Assembly (NCBI GenBank): GCA_964035545.1
Contig: OZ037769.1
Location: 8,971,929-9,035,928 of the forward strand
Direction: 5' to 3'
Length of the DNA stretch: 64,000 bases
DNA from: Bugula neritina
Taxonomy: Eukaryota > Animalia > Bryozoa
Under the pieces are notes generated by a model. The model was not told the origin of the DNA and did no database searches. It saw nothing but the letters and a program-made list of their open reading frames with translations. A program made the position numbers and the translations under genes. Positions 1 to 25,307 of this stretch are shown here, piece after piece; the stretch's first letter is position 1, and each line of letters begins with the position of its first letter.

Positions 1-1391
1 TTCTAAATGTTAGAATAATTCATTAACCCCTGTAATGTCCTTAGTGTAAATTTTATTATCGATAATATTTATTTCAAAACAATCATATTTATGTGTATTA
101 CCTATATTATAATATTATTGCCGCATATTTATATGATTTAAAAATTGACATAAACTACCCTTTTAATTTTTGAAATTTTCTATATTTTGTTGATCATTCG
201 AAATATAAATATTTCTTTAAAACGTATACATGCATATTTTATACCAATACCAAAGATTTTAGTATGGATATTAGTAAGCATTATTTATTTCAAGCTTAAA
301 GGTTGACAGCAAAAAGCAGTTTTTGGAGCTAAAATTTATCATATTTTAGGCCTTTTGATGCCTAACAACGTTTATTTCTCTATAAATCTAGATATTTGCT
401 TTCAATCTTTTTGTTATTGAAAACTTGTATAATTATTTACTAGCCATGTCTATATTACTACAGGCCTAAACTCTTTGATCTGGCTTTAAAGTTGGTTAGA
501 GTTGTCCACTCTCAAGCTTTCTAATAATCCAAAAGTTTTCCAGGCATCAAAACTGAGTTTATATAGATATGGATGTTTCTATTACATGTGCAACTGCACG
601 ATGCCACAATTATAAGTTGAAAGTGACACTCACTCCAAAATAGCTGTTTGAAACCTGCTTCTATTTTATTAAAAAAACTTTATAACAAAAAAGCAGTAGT
701 GCATTTAATACAGGAATGATAGTAACATACATTATTAGCAGCAACTTTTCCTATCCTTCAACTCTGGTCTTACTATAACAGCTAAATGAAGTGGCAACTT
801 CTGCTACTGAAGAATATATAACAAATATTTCTAAATAAGCTTATTTTCGAGGGAAAGAATTTCCTAAGGTTTCGTCAACTGAACAGTGTGTAACACTGCA
901 GGTTCTCTACCACAATTTGACCTGTATAAGGCACACATTTTAACTTTAAATTACATGCATTTTATGGAAGCAATATATTCTTGGTTCTTACCACTCAAAT
1001 GCTGAAAATGCATTGTGTAGTTAGTGGAACTGGTTCTTAAATTGTGGCACTCACTGGAGCAATTTAAGTAATACAAACTTTTTTGTTGGTTAGTTACGCA
1101 CAGCAATAGTCATCTAGTTGTATACATTTAGTGTATACATAGCCTACTATATTGCTACACCATAATAATTAACTAATTTTGTACACATGTATACATATAT
1201 TCCCATCATTTACATAACGTTTTGAAAAAATTTTAAAGTGCTGTGTGGCTTGCAATCTCTGTGAGCCTATTTTGTATGTTTTTGAAAAATACAGATACAG
1301 TATGCTGCTTTTGGGGGGTTTTTGTTATTTATTGGGTAATAATTTGAATACAAAAATATTTTTTAAGTGCAATTATTTTCTATATATGTAG

Positions 1392-1952
1392 TCAATTGTT
1401 CGAAGGCTTAAAGTCAGCAAATTTCACACAGCAAACATTGTAACCATCACATGGACTCTTTCCAGTAGCGGTGTCAATAGCCACAGGGATTTCAGAGCCT
1501 TCACAGTTTGTCCTACAGATCCCACTGACTCTGCCCTGCATTGCCCAGTCTGCGTCACATGCCTCTCTTTCACCTGAAACAAGTCACGGCTAAACTTCAA
1601 ACTGCAACTGTTCGTGACTCATACACATTTACATGTACTTTCAATGGCCTAGTACAAAGTTCAAGCATATTTCAAATATAAAAGTATATTATTTTGTTAC
1701 CTGGCAGTGCTGTGATTATGGTAACTAGTACTCCCAAAAAGACGACAAAAGCTGTGTTTCTAAAAAAAGAGAAAACATAAAAAAAGCGACTATGTTATGT
1801 GCATATGTAGTTAGCATTTTCTCTTCATGTAATTTGAAACTTCAATTTCTCATACAAGCAATTTTTGTTAAAAAGTCCAATGTGTTAAAAATATTTTCAT
1901 TAGTGAGTAATTTCAGAAGCAAGTGTTGTATTAACCAAGCTTACCTTCCCAT
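1392..1952 (-). CDS. Secreted beta-defensin-like cysteine-rich peptide, 82 aa, 3 exons
   Basis: Exons 1952-1945, 1759-1701 and 1573-1392 with GT-AG introns splice in frame to MGRNTAFVVFLGVLVTIITALPG-EREACDADWAMQGRVSGICRTNCEGSEIPVAIDTATGKSPCDGYNVCCVKFADFKPSNN*. Hydrophobic signal peptide; six Cys as C-x13-C-x3-C-x17-C-x5-CC with GxC and terminal CC; AATAAA at 1333-1328. Absent from the ORF track because it is spliced. Confidence 0.8.
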
Positions 1953-2019
1953 CTTTGTATGTCTGATTTATCTTTTGTTTCTTTGCTAGAGCTGTCTTCG
2001 GCTGTATAAATCTGCTACC

Positions 2020-2055
2020 ACTGAATATTTTTCTTTATTGCCTGCAGTTTATATA
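2020..2055 (-). promoter_or_regulatory. TATA box and initiator of the defensin-like gene
   Basis: TATATAAA at 2055-2048 and TCAGT initiator-like motif about 30 nt downstream (around 2022); GATA-type sites lie just upstream. Confidence 0.55.
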
Positions 2056-3350
2056 TCTAGCTGATAAGCCTCTATCTGTGATAATGTGTATTTCGTGGGA
2101 ACTCACCTCTGGCATCTTGTATAATACATTAGCTTTAGTTCCTTACATAGAAAGGGTGCCAAATTCTGGCAAATTTGAAGCATATTGTTGACCTAAATTT
2201 TTCAGCAAACCTAAAGTGGCGCCAAATGCATTATATTGCAATTTATTTATGTTAATGGTGGTGTAAATAGCGAATACTGATTCATTGTCGCTCATGGTTT
2301 ACTTTGGAGAATATATTATAAACATAGCAAATGAAATACCAACTAATTATTTCCAAGTCTAACCTTAAGTTTAGTTGATTTTCTCGGTGCCTCTATAATA
2401 GTTGAGATCTGTTATTCTAACTCAAGGTTACAATAGCAAATTCCACTCGTTGCAATCATGTGAGTATTACGTTGTTCTTACATCATGCCATATGCAGTAG
2501 CAAAAGCAAAAGATATTACCTATTTTCAGGCTGTGTGTTGGATAAGATTGAAACAATTTTGCAAGTCACCATGACAGATAAACAGTAACATGTAGCTGTG
2601 GTGGATCAACAGATGATCTACTCATATTTGGCATTGTCTTATTGAGAAATAGAAGAAACATGGTTTTATCGAGAAATAATAATATAATATGTAATATTAA
2701 TATAGAACCATAAAAAGTAGCTGTTTACGAGTTATTAAATTAGTTTACTTTTAATTAACACTTCTAATGTGCACACAAACTCAATCTGAAATACTGTAAG
2801 AAAACAATTAAGACTTTTTAATATGACGAAAAGATGCTATCTTTTGTTTATTTCCTCAATTTTCGCCCTCTTTTCTCTTGAATATATTTTGCAATGTGGT
2901 AGAAAAAATGATGTATCGTTATTAGAAAATACTTGTTTAGGTTTGCTAATTAGCTGCAGCCTCTTCATATGAAATTCAATGGGTCTTTTATATGTAATTA
3001 TATATATAAGCATTAGAATGTAATATAATATAACATAATTGTGTTATGTACACCACTGTCAAGTTTAAAGCTCTATAACACAATACAATCGTACTCAAAA
3101 ACATCAAACTGCAAAATAAGTCAGGATATACTGTATATATATATATAAGCGTAATTGGGCACAGCCTAACTCATTGGTATGGCTTTGCTATGTTATGTAC
3201 ATTCAAGTAACTGTAAGAAGGCAAGACTGGAAAAGGCTATTTTGGTATTTTAGAATTTCTTGAAGCTTGAATTTTTATTTGCTAAAGCTTAGCCTAATCA
3301 TAAAATATATTACTTTTAGCACAAATTGTTATACAGTATCTTGTGCAACA

Positions 3351-3555
3351 AGGAAGCGGTGGTCCAATAGTTAAAGTGTTGGCTGGTGAACGCAAGGTAA
3401 GTGGTCCGAATTCAGGTAATGACATCGGATGATGTTAGGAGGTGCATCCAGTTTTAAATGCTCTTTTGCCACATGAGAAAAAGTCTTTTATACACTTAAA
3501 AATTCCCCTTACCTTCAGGGGTTCTTACAGGGATGGTGACTCTAAACTGACTGTA
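3351..3555 (+). mobile_element. Degenerate tRNA-derived SINE-like fragment
   Basis: A-box-like GGTGGTCCAATAGTTAAAG and B-box-like GGTCCGAATTC followed by a relatively GC-rich body; no TSD seen. Confidence 0.35.
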
Positions 3556-4987
3556 AGTTTTTTATATTTTGGAAGTAATGAGGTTCTTTGATCTAAACAG
3601 TTTATATAACAATATTATTTTCTATCTCAGAAAAATATTGATGTTCCTTTTAATCAAATTGCACCAAATGGTCAAAAGATTAACATTAAGGTATGCTGAA
3701 AAAGGGTGTCACACAAGCATATCTATTAATAAATAAATCTGCTACTGTAATGGTACACATGATGATGTGACTGTTATATTTGCCTTCTGTGTAGAAACAC
3801 TTGGGATGTAAGCGGAGTGGATGATTGCATGTACTCATAAATCCATGATTCCTAACTTGATAGAAGGTATAGTAAAGAGCATATCGCAGCATCCCACTAA
3901 ACTAGCACAGCTCCTAATCATTTAGCTGTGGTCACCACACTATCTGTTTAGGGAAGAGAACTTTTTGCTCACCTCAGCATTTAAAGATTCTATATGCATG
4001 AAGCACTTTGTTTATCGCGGTGTTAATGATATTACCTTTTCAACTATGCTAGAAAAGGGTATGTTTTGTAAATTTCTTTAAATAGTGACATGCCAAAATA
4101 AAACTAGAATATTCTTATGACCTAATTTTGGAAAAATCTTATTTTTAAGTTACTCTTCAGCACCACATGAGAAACATTAAAATTCTGTGTATGACTGCTA
4201 ATGGCTGCCCTACTCAGCTGGTATTGGTTAAGTAACAGCTATTTTAATAGTTAATCTGTTTTAATGTGAGCTTTTGATGTCACTAGTATTGCTCTTTAAC
4301 ATAATAATTTTATTATTATCAGGATTAACATGCTGTGTTTATGTAGTATCTGAAGTATGACGTTCTGCAAACTGTAATTGATGTATAATAGAAACCTTGG
4401 TAATTTTGTATATAATTATTATTGCTCTCTGGTATAACTCCAATACATAAGTTTTATATTTGAAGCCTTCAATTCCTGAAATGCACCAACATGATAAATA
4501 TGACAGGTTATTAATATTCCTCAACTGTAGCCTAACTCTCCTTAAAATGCATAGTAAGGCTACGATCAGCGCCTGCTACTCAACCTGTAGGTAGTTCAAA
4601 TTTAAAGAAACTAGTTTAACATTGCGTCCTCACTAGCAGTTAATCCATCGGTGCTAAATGGCACTAAGAAGTAAGAATTAATCCAACATTAATAAGATTA
4701 GGTATCTTTGTTCTTTTCATGGGATAGCAAAATTCTAAGTCTGTTGTTCCAAGTTCAAAGGAGGGGTTTTTTCCTCTCCACATCAGTAAACAACTCACTA
4801 CTCAGTCTAACTTTCTTAAAAACATTCGCTTTGCTCTGCAGGATTTAGATGATGTATTATAAGGTGTGGCTATAATTTGATACAAGCCATCTGTGATCAG
4901 AGTCCTGACTGATGTCTACAAGGTCAGTTCCTACAGGTGCACTGCAGCAGCACAAATACTTGGTAGAAGTCAATCTCTGAGCTCACT

Positions 4988-17347
<12,360 letters not shown>

Positions 17348-18026
17348 AGTTATTTTAATTGTTGTTCTATATTTAATAACTGTTTCTCTAGTATTATGGA
17401 TTTGTGCTTTTATCATCAAGATATTTTGTATACAATGTAACTCACATGTTTATGTTCATTACAGCTGCTAATTTTCAAATTTAGTATAATATTCTCTTGT
17501 GCATTTATTCAATTAAATAAAAAAAAATATTGCAGCAGGCTTGACTACCAGCAGTTTATATCAAGACAGCTGACATATTTATGGTACATAGCATGGCGAG
17601 ACAGGTGCTACATCATACATGGTATTGTGAGATGGGTGTATGATGTTTTAGTAAACTTTGCAATATCCCGATCAGTCTCATATATTATTCCAAATATCTA
17701 AAATATTTGAAGATGTATTACAAAGAATTAAATGATATTAGATTTTATAGATTTTAAATTCACTAAATAAGCAGCTGGGCATGAACATTTTGAACATACA
17801 TTTATACATTTTAAAATGACATTACGTTGACTTCGTTATTGCATATTTTAATAAGTTTGATCTATAATTCAGCTATTTATTTTTTTCATGAAGTTTAGCA
17901 GAAATCAATTTGCACACTGAATGCAAAATTTGTCACATTTTATTTTGCAAGTGTTTTTTAACAATCTCACACTTGCTCTGTTTGTTCAGCAGCTTATGTG
18001 TGACAATATACACTACAGGCACCATT

Positions 18027-18028
<2 letters not shown>

Positions 18029-18124
<96 letters not shown>

Positions 18125-18131
18125 TATAGAT
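18029..18131. repeat. (TA)n microsatellite
   Basis: Pure TA run. Confidence 0.95.
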
Positions 18132-18809
18132 AAAATTATATTAGCTTCCTTTTAAAAATAAATACAGCTGCAGGTAATTATACTAAAGAGTTGTATACAG
18201 CAAAACCGTAGTTTTCAATAAATTCAAGTTGTTTTGCGACTCATTTGGTATTCAATAAGTTTTTTACTTTTAATTTTTTAATTTGATGTTTGTCAAATTA
18301 ATTAGTTAATACTTTTTTTACTTTTTATTATTTCAATGTTTAGTAAATTATCCTGAGGTAAGCGTACTGGATATATATAATATGAATTAAAGTATCAGTT
18401 TAGAATAACATATAATTACATGCATATGTTTTTTTTGTTGTATCAGTATTATCGTTAACAGTTTTTTTGAAACTGTAATAATTCGTTTGATTGAGCAATT
18501 AAAATAGCATAAAACAGTGTCTCGGTTATATCATTCATAATCACTTTATTGTTTTATTTTATAGAATAAATGTTGTATATCAGTTTAATGGTGATTCTAT
18601 ACATAGGTATAAGTATAAATTTGTAAAATATAATAGTGTTGATTACATATATTTTAAGCTTAAATGAGTTTTATCAGGAAAATCTAATTGATGGGGTTGC
18701 GCGTTTAAAATATCCAGTTTCACTTTCTGGTACATCATCAAGCTCAAGTTCATTCGTATTTAAACTTCAATACAGAACAACTTTTGCTTTTTTATTATAC
18801 AGTTAAGAC

Positions 18810-19440
18810 TGGTTTGGTGAATACCTGTGCTTCTTCAACAAAATTATCTAAAAGACTATTTATTAATTCAGTTGCCATAAGAGTCCAAGCCATAACCCCT
18901 GATTTGTGTTACTTGTCTTTAAAGATCCAGATTTTATTATAGCGATGAAGGAACATTTACAGTGCTCAAGCTCCGTGATAAGCAATAATTTTTCTGGATC
19001 ACTGTCCAAAACTTTGGCGCACTTTACTTTGTTTCTGTTCAAAACAGTACTTAAAAAAACAAATAAATCATCAAAATCATCTTTGCCATAGAAGTTGACA
19101 AGAGTGTTTAACAACTGAGAAATGGTTTGCTTAATGCGCTCAATCACATTGTTGACCCCTTTTTCACAATTATCATGGGATTTCCAAACTTTTCTTTATT
19201 ACTGAACAACTTCAAAGTCTCTTAATGTGTATTCTCTTGTCAGAACTGTATGTTAAATAGTTTCCATCATTGGTGTGTTTTAAAAAACTTACAGTAATTT
19301 AGGATTGAATTGTTCTAAAGTTTTAAGCCATATGGATTGGTCAAAGATGAACTCTCTCTATAATCAGTTGTGGTATTGTCCTGATCTTCATCAGAACTAA
19401 AATACATGGGACCGGTGATTTGCAACTCAGTTTAGTGTCA
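18810..19440 (-). pseudogene. Decayed homolog of the Maverick accessory gene at 34458-35560
   Basis: ORF 19147-18863 aligns without gaps: LLLITELEHCKCSFIAIIKSGSLK vs LLPAEELEKMCMRLTAVLRSGPIK; IERIKQTISQLLNTLVNFYGKDD vs LENLKNHASQIIGKNIRFHGKNE; after a frameshift AWTLMATEL vs VWALNICEI. Confidence 0.65.
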
Positions 19441-20219
19441 TGACACTAGATATGTCAATAGATAATACGAATCAGTATAATAGTTGCAAAATTAAAAGCA
19501 AATTGCACATAATCTAATGTCCACTAACTTGAATGTTATTCAAGCAATCAGATTTTAATTACAATTTCTGGTTTTCATATGTGCACGTGATATTCTTAAC
19601 TTGTGAAGGCATGCTTGCAATAGAAAAATGTGTGGTAGCAGTAGCAAAAGTGGTAGTTGGAGAAGTTACAGCTTTTGAGACGTTTGCTAAGTTTCTAAGG
19701 TTTTGAAGCTTTTCCGAATTTGCGCTATAGGCTAATAATATTTTATACTAAATATTATCTATTATATAATTTAGCTTTAGACAGCATTAAGAACTAGAAA
19801 ATGCATAACAGCAACTTGCAGCTTTCTCTTTGTTGGATTTCTCGTAGCCTCTTGAGTTTTTCTGTGAGTTTTTTTTTCTAGCTGTTTGATATGGAAGGCT
19901 AAAAGCATAAATGCAAATTTTAATTATTTCCCTGCAATATAATATCATTTACAACGAATCACTACCTTGCATTAAAATATGTTGTCATTTGCCCTACGTA
20001 GATTAGCACAGAAGCAAAAAAGATTATCTTGTAAATGTTGTTATTTAGCAATCACCAGTATTAACATTAGCTCTTCCATGTGGATATCTAGTACCTATAA
20101 CTAACTATGAGTCTATTGTAAAAATGAGATATAGTTAACATAGCATTCAGTAGTTTACTATGCTATACCATTTGGTGATATAAGTACTATACAAGTTTCA
20201 CATCTCACTTTATACTTAC

Positions 20220-20276
20220 GCATGTGTCTGCTTAAGCTTTCCTTGTGTATGAAAGCTTTCTGCATGTTTGACATAT
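20220..20276 (-). pseudogene. Orphan C2H2 zinc-finger exon with a 1-nt frameshift
   Basis: Reads CQTC-(frameshift)-KAFIHKESLSRHM, matching C-x2-C-x-K-x-F-x5-L-x2-H, followed by donor GTAAGT. Confidence 0.45.
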
Positions 20277-22125
20277 AAGTATATTTATAAAAATATAATT
20301 AGGTTTGCTTATATGTCTCCATTGATTGTATATTTAATCTAACAATCTACTCCTTAAACAATTTTCAATGCATTATTTTATTTTACCCAGACAAAAGATT
20401 TAATATGCAAGTTTATATATGCAAGATAATATATACAGTGAAACATTAGCTTTAATTTAATCTAAATATGTTTGCTAATCATTCAGTGTTCAATAATATT
20501 TTAATTTTTAATTTTTCAGTTTTGTGATTGATATTCTTTCAAATTAACTGAGCAATCGTTTCACCTATTGGTAGTTGAAAGGCTAGTAATCATAACTGAA
20601 GTAGGTTTAAAAGCTATGTCATATATACAAATATAATTGTGTATAGTAGTAGCATAAGAATAATGTATAATTATAAGTTTTTGTGTTGATACTTTGTTGA
20701 AAAATTTAGTTGAGCAAATAAATAGCATAAAACAGCTTGTCAGTTATAGTACAGTAGTACGTTCCATCGTGTATTATGCATTCTAATAATGATCGTATTA
20801 GTATCCGTAAGTATAAGTTTGCAAAGTAGGATATGTTTATTGCATACAAATGAGTTCATGCTTAATGTATTTTTGTAGACAAATCTAAATAATTGTAATA
20901 AGCAATTATCACCTGTATCCGCTCTATCCTATGTTGGCAAAACCTATTTTGATAAAATATTGAGAGTGTGTTATAATGCAATGAAGTTGAAAAAACTAAC
21001 CTTTCCTTACTTTAATTTTCTTGCTCTTGTAGAGTTTTCAATTTTTTGACTTGTGGCTATTCGATTTGACTGTAAATAATAATAACACTTCAATCTTATA
21101 CAATTCTTCACTGTGTATATTATATATTAGTTATTTTTTATTTTACCTATTAGCTCAATAAATAAGATGAGTATCTTAGATGAAAATTAATAATAAATGT
21201 AATCTATTTCAAGCTAAATAATCTTGATATGGTATATTTCATAGAGAAATCCAACTATAGTATAAATATACAACTTGTACAATAACTACAAGTGAGTCAT
21301 GGACATAGTTGAGAAAGGTAGTTAAATAGAAACCTACCCTGACTGGCAGATTGCTTTACAACTTTACTCCATGTGCAAGTGCTTGTGCATTTATATTACA
21401 TTTTCTTTAATAATAAATTTGTAAGATGTAACAAGACATACCTTGATGCTCTTCGGTCTCTATAAGACCTTGTAGTCAATACGGCATGTATTTTGAAATG
21501 AAAAACAACAAAGATTCACCCAGGTTTTTATTAAAGAAATGTTGGTAGACCAACTACAAATCAATCATCTGAACTGATCAACCATTCACTGTGGAATACT
21601 TACTAGTAGCAATGTAGTTGACATCATTATTTTGAATGAACCATATGCTGAAGTCAGAAAATTACCATAGCGCAACCCATCAAATTATGGGAGTAAAGAT
21701 AGTATCTATTTAAAAGAACTAAGGAATAGTATAATATAGCAGTATGCTATATACTAAGAGAATAGAGACAGATGCAGTCTAGAAGTAATCTCCAATTATC
21801 TTCCACTTGTTACACTCCAAGGGTGGGCCACACAATCTTTTAAGAAATTGAGAGTTTCAAGGGCCCTAGTTAATATGTGAAAACTCTAAATTGTTCTATT
21901 CATCCAGTTAGCCACAAAAACTCTCCGAACTTTTGAAATAAATTGGGAGTTGTCTTCTCTTGATGTTTGTGTAAAGCAGCTAAATATCTTGGAATGGTGA
22001 AAGCTAATTTATTTTGTATAAATGAGCATTATTCTACATCTGACTTTTTGTATGCTATGCTGCTATGATATAATATACTACATCTATAGCATCCAACTTC
22101 CATGCAACTGTAGTTAGGGCTCAAT

Positions 22126-22206
22126 AGTAGTATAGGAAGCCACTTTTCAACTAGTTTACATCGTCGGTAGAATTGTATAGGGCATTTTCAACTAGTTTAC
22201 ATCGCC
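22126..22206 (+). repeat. Maverick left TIR (81 bp); 41-bp internal repeat continues to 22246
   Basis: Exact reverse complement of 35755-35835; unit TTTTCAACTAGTTTACATCGYCGGTAGAATTGTATAGGGCA starts at 22144, 22185 and 22226 (partial). Confidence 0.97.
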
Positions 22207-23007
22207 GGTAGAATTGTATAGGGCATTTTCAACTAGTTTACATCGCACTTGAGGAGGCATAGTCGTTTAGAAATAGTTTACATTCTTTGTTAGATTCATA
22301 GCTACCAAGACTGTCTCAGCATTTATTATAACGGTTTGGCACACTTTCTTAGGCCTTATTGATAATTGCATTGATATACTGTAATTTGCATGACATTGCT
22401 GCGTTATGTGGTTATGTAAGATGTTTTGTAAATAGTATTATTGTGCTGTTTTCCTTTATGTTATGAATAGACCTTATCTTTATGGCTTTGCAAGCAACCA
22501 GTATGGTTAATGTAATAGCCATATTGAATCTTTATAAAGCTATTGTATATATCATCAGTCTTGAAGATGCGTTTGCTGCGATTAGTTGAGTGTTCTAAAT
22601 AGATATATACTATTGAACTTCGCATACAATCCGATTACATACACTAATATATTACCCTCACATAGCGATTATCAAGTGATTGCAGAGAGAGTTAAATGAA
22701 CACCGTATTATTCAGTTGCTCATAACGTTTTTCACTGTGGGATTGATACACTATGCTGGTAAGTACTACTTTCAAATACTGCAAAAAAATATCATATGAA
22801 TGATGCGCACTGATACCGTCTGTTGAATGGTTAACATATCTTTATTATAATTATTCACTATGACCAAGTAAAAATAAGAATATATATTACAACATTAAGA
22901 ATTAAATAGTATTAACTACTTTGAAAAAAAAAAGAAAGTATTTTTGTGTGACAGTAATGAATAATAGAATTCTAGCTTATATAGATGTCAATACAAATAT
23001 GATAGTG

Positions 23008-23550
23008 TTAAATATTCACTGAAGAAGCAATTTGGTTTAGTAAAAATGGAAAGTCAATAATCTCAAGTTTATCTGTACCAACATTCGTATTACTATACTT
23101 TTCTCGAATATAATTAAATATCATAGCATCATTAGCTAATCTATCGCCATTATCATTCAACAAGTAAGATATTTTTTCTAGACTCAAACCCTTTGCAATA
23201 TGAGTTAAGAAGAATATAACGTATTGACCACACACTGTACTATAAAGGGATTGCAGCGGAATATCATTAAATGTCCATTCATTACAGTTATTTAGCACAT
23301 CTCCAATCTCAGGTAGGTTATACGGTGGTACATCATAACTGTCAAAGAATATTCCTTTTCTATCTTCTGTTTTCACAACTGCCACCCAATGCTCTCCAGG
23401 GTGATCGTGTGGTTTCGTATTTATAACCATACAACATGGAAACTTTTGAGCAGACATTGGTATTAGGTCTATAGGAAAGACTCCTAAAAAGTTTAATTCT
23501 TCAACAGCTCTATCTGCCTTTAATATCCTGTAGATTTGTTTGCTATCCAT
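23008..23550 (-). CDS. Adenain-like (peptidase C5) virion maturation cysteine protease
   Basis: Motifs FLGVFP, INT..HDHPGEHWVA (His), FFDSY (Asp), LQ..STVCGQY (Gln/Cys); intact 180-aa ORF. Confidence 0.92.
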   Translation of the reverse strand: MDSKQIYRILKADRAVEELNFLGVFPIDLIPMSAQKFPCCMVINTKPHDHPGEHWVAVVKTEDRKGIFFDSYDVPPYNLPEIGDVLNNCNEWTFNDIPLQSLYSTVCGQYVIFFLTHIAKGLSLEKISYLLNDNGDRLANDAMIFNYIREKYSNTNVGTDKLEIIDFPFLLNQIASSVNI

Positions 23551-24864
23551 TATATGTAAAAGTTTGTCATTACAGCCCTGTTTTTATCCACTTTGATGGC
23601 GGAGTCAAACTCAGCGTACACTATAACATTGACTGGTGTGTTCAAAGGCACGTCAAACTTTAACTCTAATCTAGCATTCCCCTTTTTTATAAGGTGATAG
23701 CAACCATCCTCTTGAAGGTTAGGGGTTAAATCGAAAGCTAATAACGAGTAGCCATTATTATAATTATTCTGATCTATCTATCCCAATTCCAGCATCGTTA
23801 AATGATTTTCCAGTGCTTTCCAGTAACATAAAATAGTTTCTGAATGTTGTATTCTTTTCAAAATCACTGACTAGAGGTTTTTGTGGAATCATTTTTCCAT
23901 CAATTAATAAGCTACAGTATTTCAGAGTTTTATGTTTAAAGTTGAATGGATTAAGATTGTAGGCACCCTCAAAACTTTGAGCATCTACCAATCCAATGAC
24001 TATACGTTTGGGTAGAACTCCATTGAACAAATTTTCTTCATTGCATGATAATGATCCTGTCGCAATACTAAAAGTTTTCATTGCTACCCTTCGTATTGAA
24101 TAGATTGCTGGTTTTAATTGTTTTTCCATCATTTCAATATGCCTCAATTGAATTCCATTGTTAACCTTCACTCTTCTGATGAACATAGATGCGTGAGCAA
24201 TTTTCAACTTATATTGTGAGTTAGCAGCAGCCATCAATACAAGTTTATTCGAGTTTCTCATAAGTTTGAGCTTGACATCAATTCCATTTAGTAGATACCG
24301 ATTTTGGAAAAATATGTCAGAGTGAAGTTTACCCATAAGTTGAACAGTATTACTTCCAGCAGTAAACGCTCTTCTGCTAACTAATCCTTTATTATCATTT
24401 TCAAAGTTATCCATTGCAGATGCTGTATCTTTTGAGAATAACCCCATAGTTAACTGGGATTCTTTGGCTTCATTGCTATAACTCAACAGAGTCTCAATCA
24501 TAGCCCTATAGTGGTATAGGTTAGAGGCATCGCTTATAAGAACATCATTTAAACTAACATCAACTTGCTGAAACAGTGTTTTTCCTAGCAGATTGATTGG
24601 ACCAACCATTTCATCTGCATTCATGTTACTACCATCAGCATTTAAAACTTTTACTTCTAGATATAGATAACTGGAAGCTAAATCTGTATAGTGATTCGAA
24701 TCTCCTGATATTGAGAATTTGATTGGGCTTTCATCTGATAAGCTGGTGGTTGGCAAGTGTTCAACATGAAAACCTTCTTCAACAGATGCTTGAGTTGATA
24801 AGTTAGTAAATAAATCTATTTCTGGTTTAGATGCCAAACAGCTATGTTCGAATACGAATGACAT
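23550..24864 (-). pseudogene. Major capsid protein (double jelly-roll, Polinton PY/hexon-like), frameshifted
   Basis: N-terminus HSCLASKPEIDLF..TQ, motifs LLNGIDVKLKL, LPKRIVIGLV, NPFNF. An apparent 4-nt insertion (TAAT, near 23763-23766) creates the stop; the frame beyond reads YNNGYSLLAFDLTP..NVIVYAEFD..NFYI* ending at 23550. Confidence 0.9.
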
Positions 24865-25304
24865 TATTTTGTAAATATGTCCTGAACAGATTTCTTCTTT
24901 AGACGTGGTCTTTTCACCTTAACTACTCTTCTTGAACTAACTGTTGAAGAGCTGCGCTTTCTCTTTTTATTCCTTCTGTTAGGTTTTAGTAAATTGGATG
25001 AATTTTTAAGAAAGTTGTAACCTACTGATTTTATATTATCCTTGAATGCGGTTTTAAAATCTTTACCTGCTAACTTATCACGTGCTATATTTAGACCTGT
25101 ATCTAGCGCAGTCTTTCCTAAGCTTATTGCACCTTTTTTAACTATAGGTATTGCAGCCTTTATAAGCCCAGAAAAGATATTGCCTAGTCCATATCCTTGT
25201 TGATATTTAACACCAGAAAAAACAAGTATAGAGTCAACTGAATTCTCATCAAATTCTCGATAAAATTTTTCAGCATCAGAGGAATTGAAGGGTATTAATG
25301 TCAT
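24864..25304 (-). CDS. Basic core/membrane-active virion protein (Maverick PM-like)
   Basis: QQGYGLGNIFSGLIKAAIPIVKKG (putative protease site plus amphipathic helix), Lys/Arg-rich C-terminus ending DIF; lies between the two capsid genes. Confidence 0.75.
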   Translation of the reverse strand: MTLIPFNSSDAEKFYREFDENSVDSILVFSGVKYQQGYGLGNIFSGLIKAAIPIVKKGAISLGKTALDTGLNIARDKLAGKDFKTAFKDNIKSVGYNFLKNSSNLLKPNRRNKKRKRSSSTVSSRRVVKVKRPRLKKKSVQDIFTK

Positions 25305-25307
25305 TGT

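Noticed and set aside
22260-22800. Possible extra Maverick gene inside the left TIR
   Set aside because: One minus-strand frame looks coding-like but has many stops and no recognisable motif.
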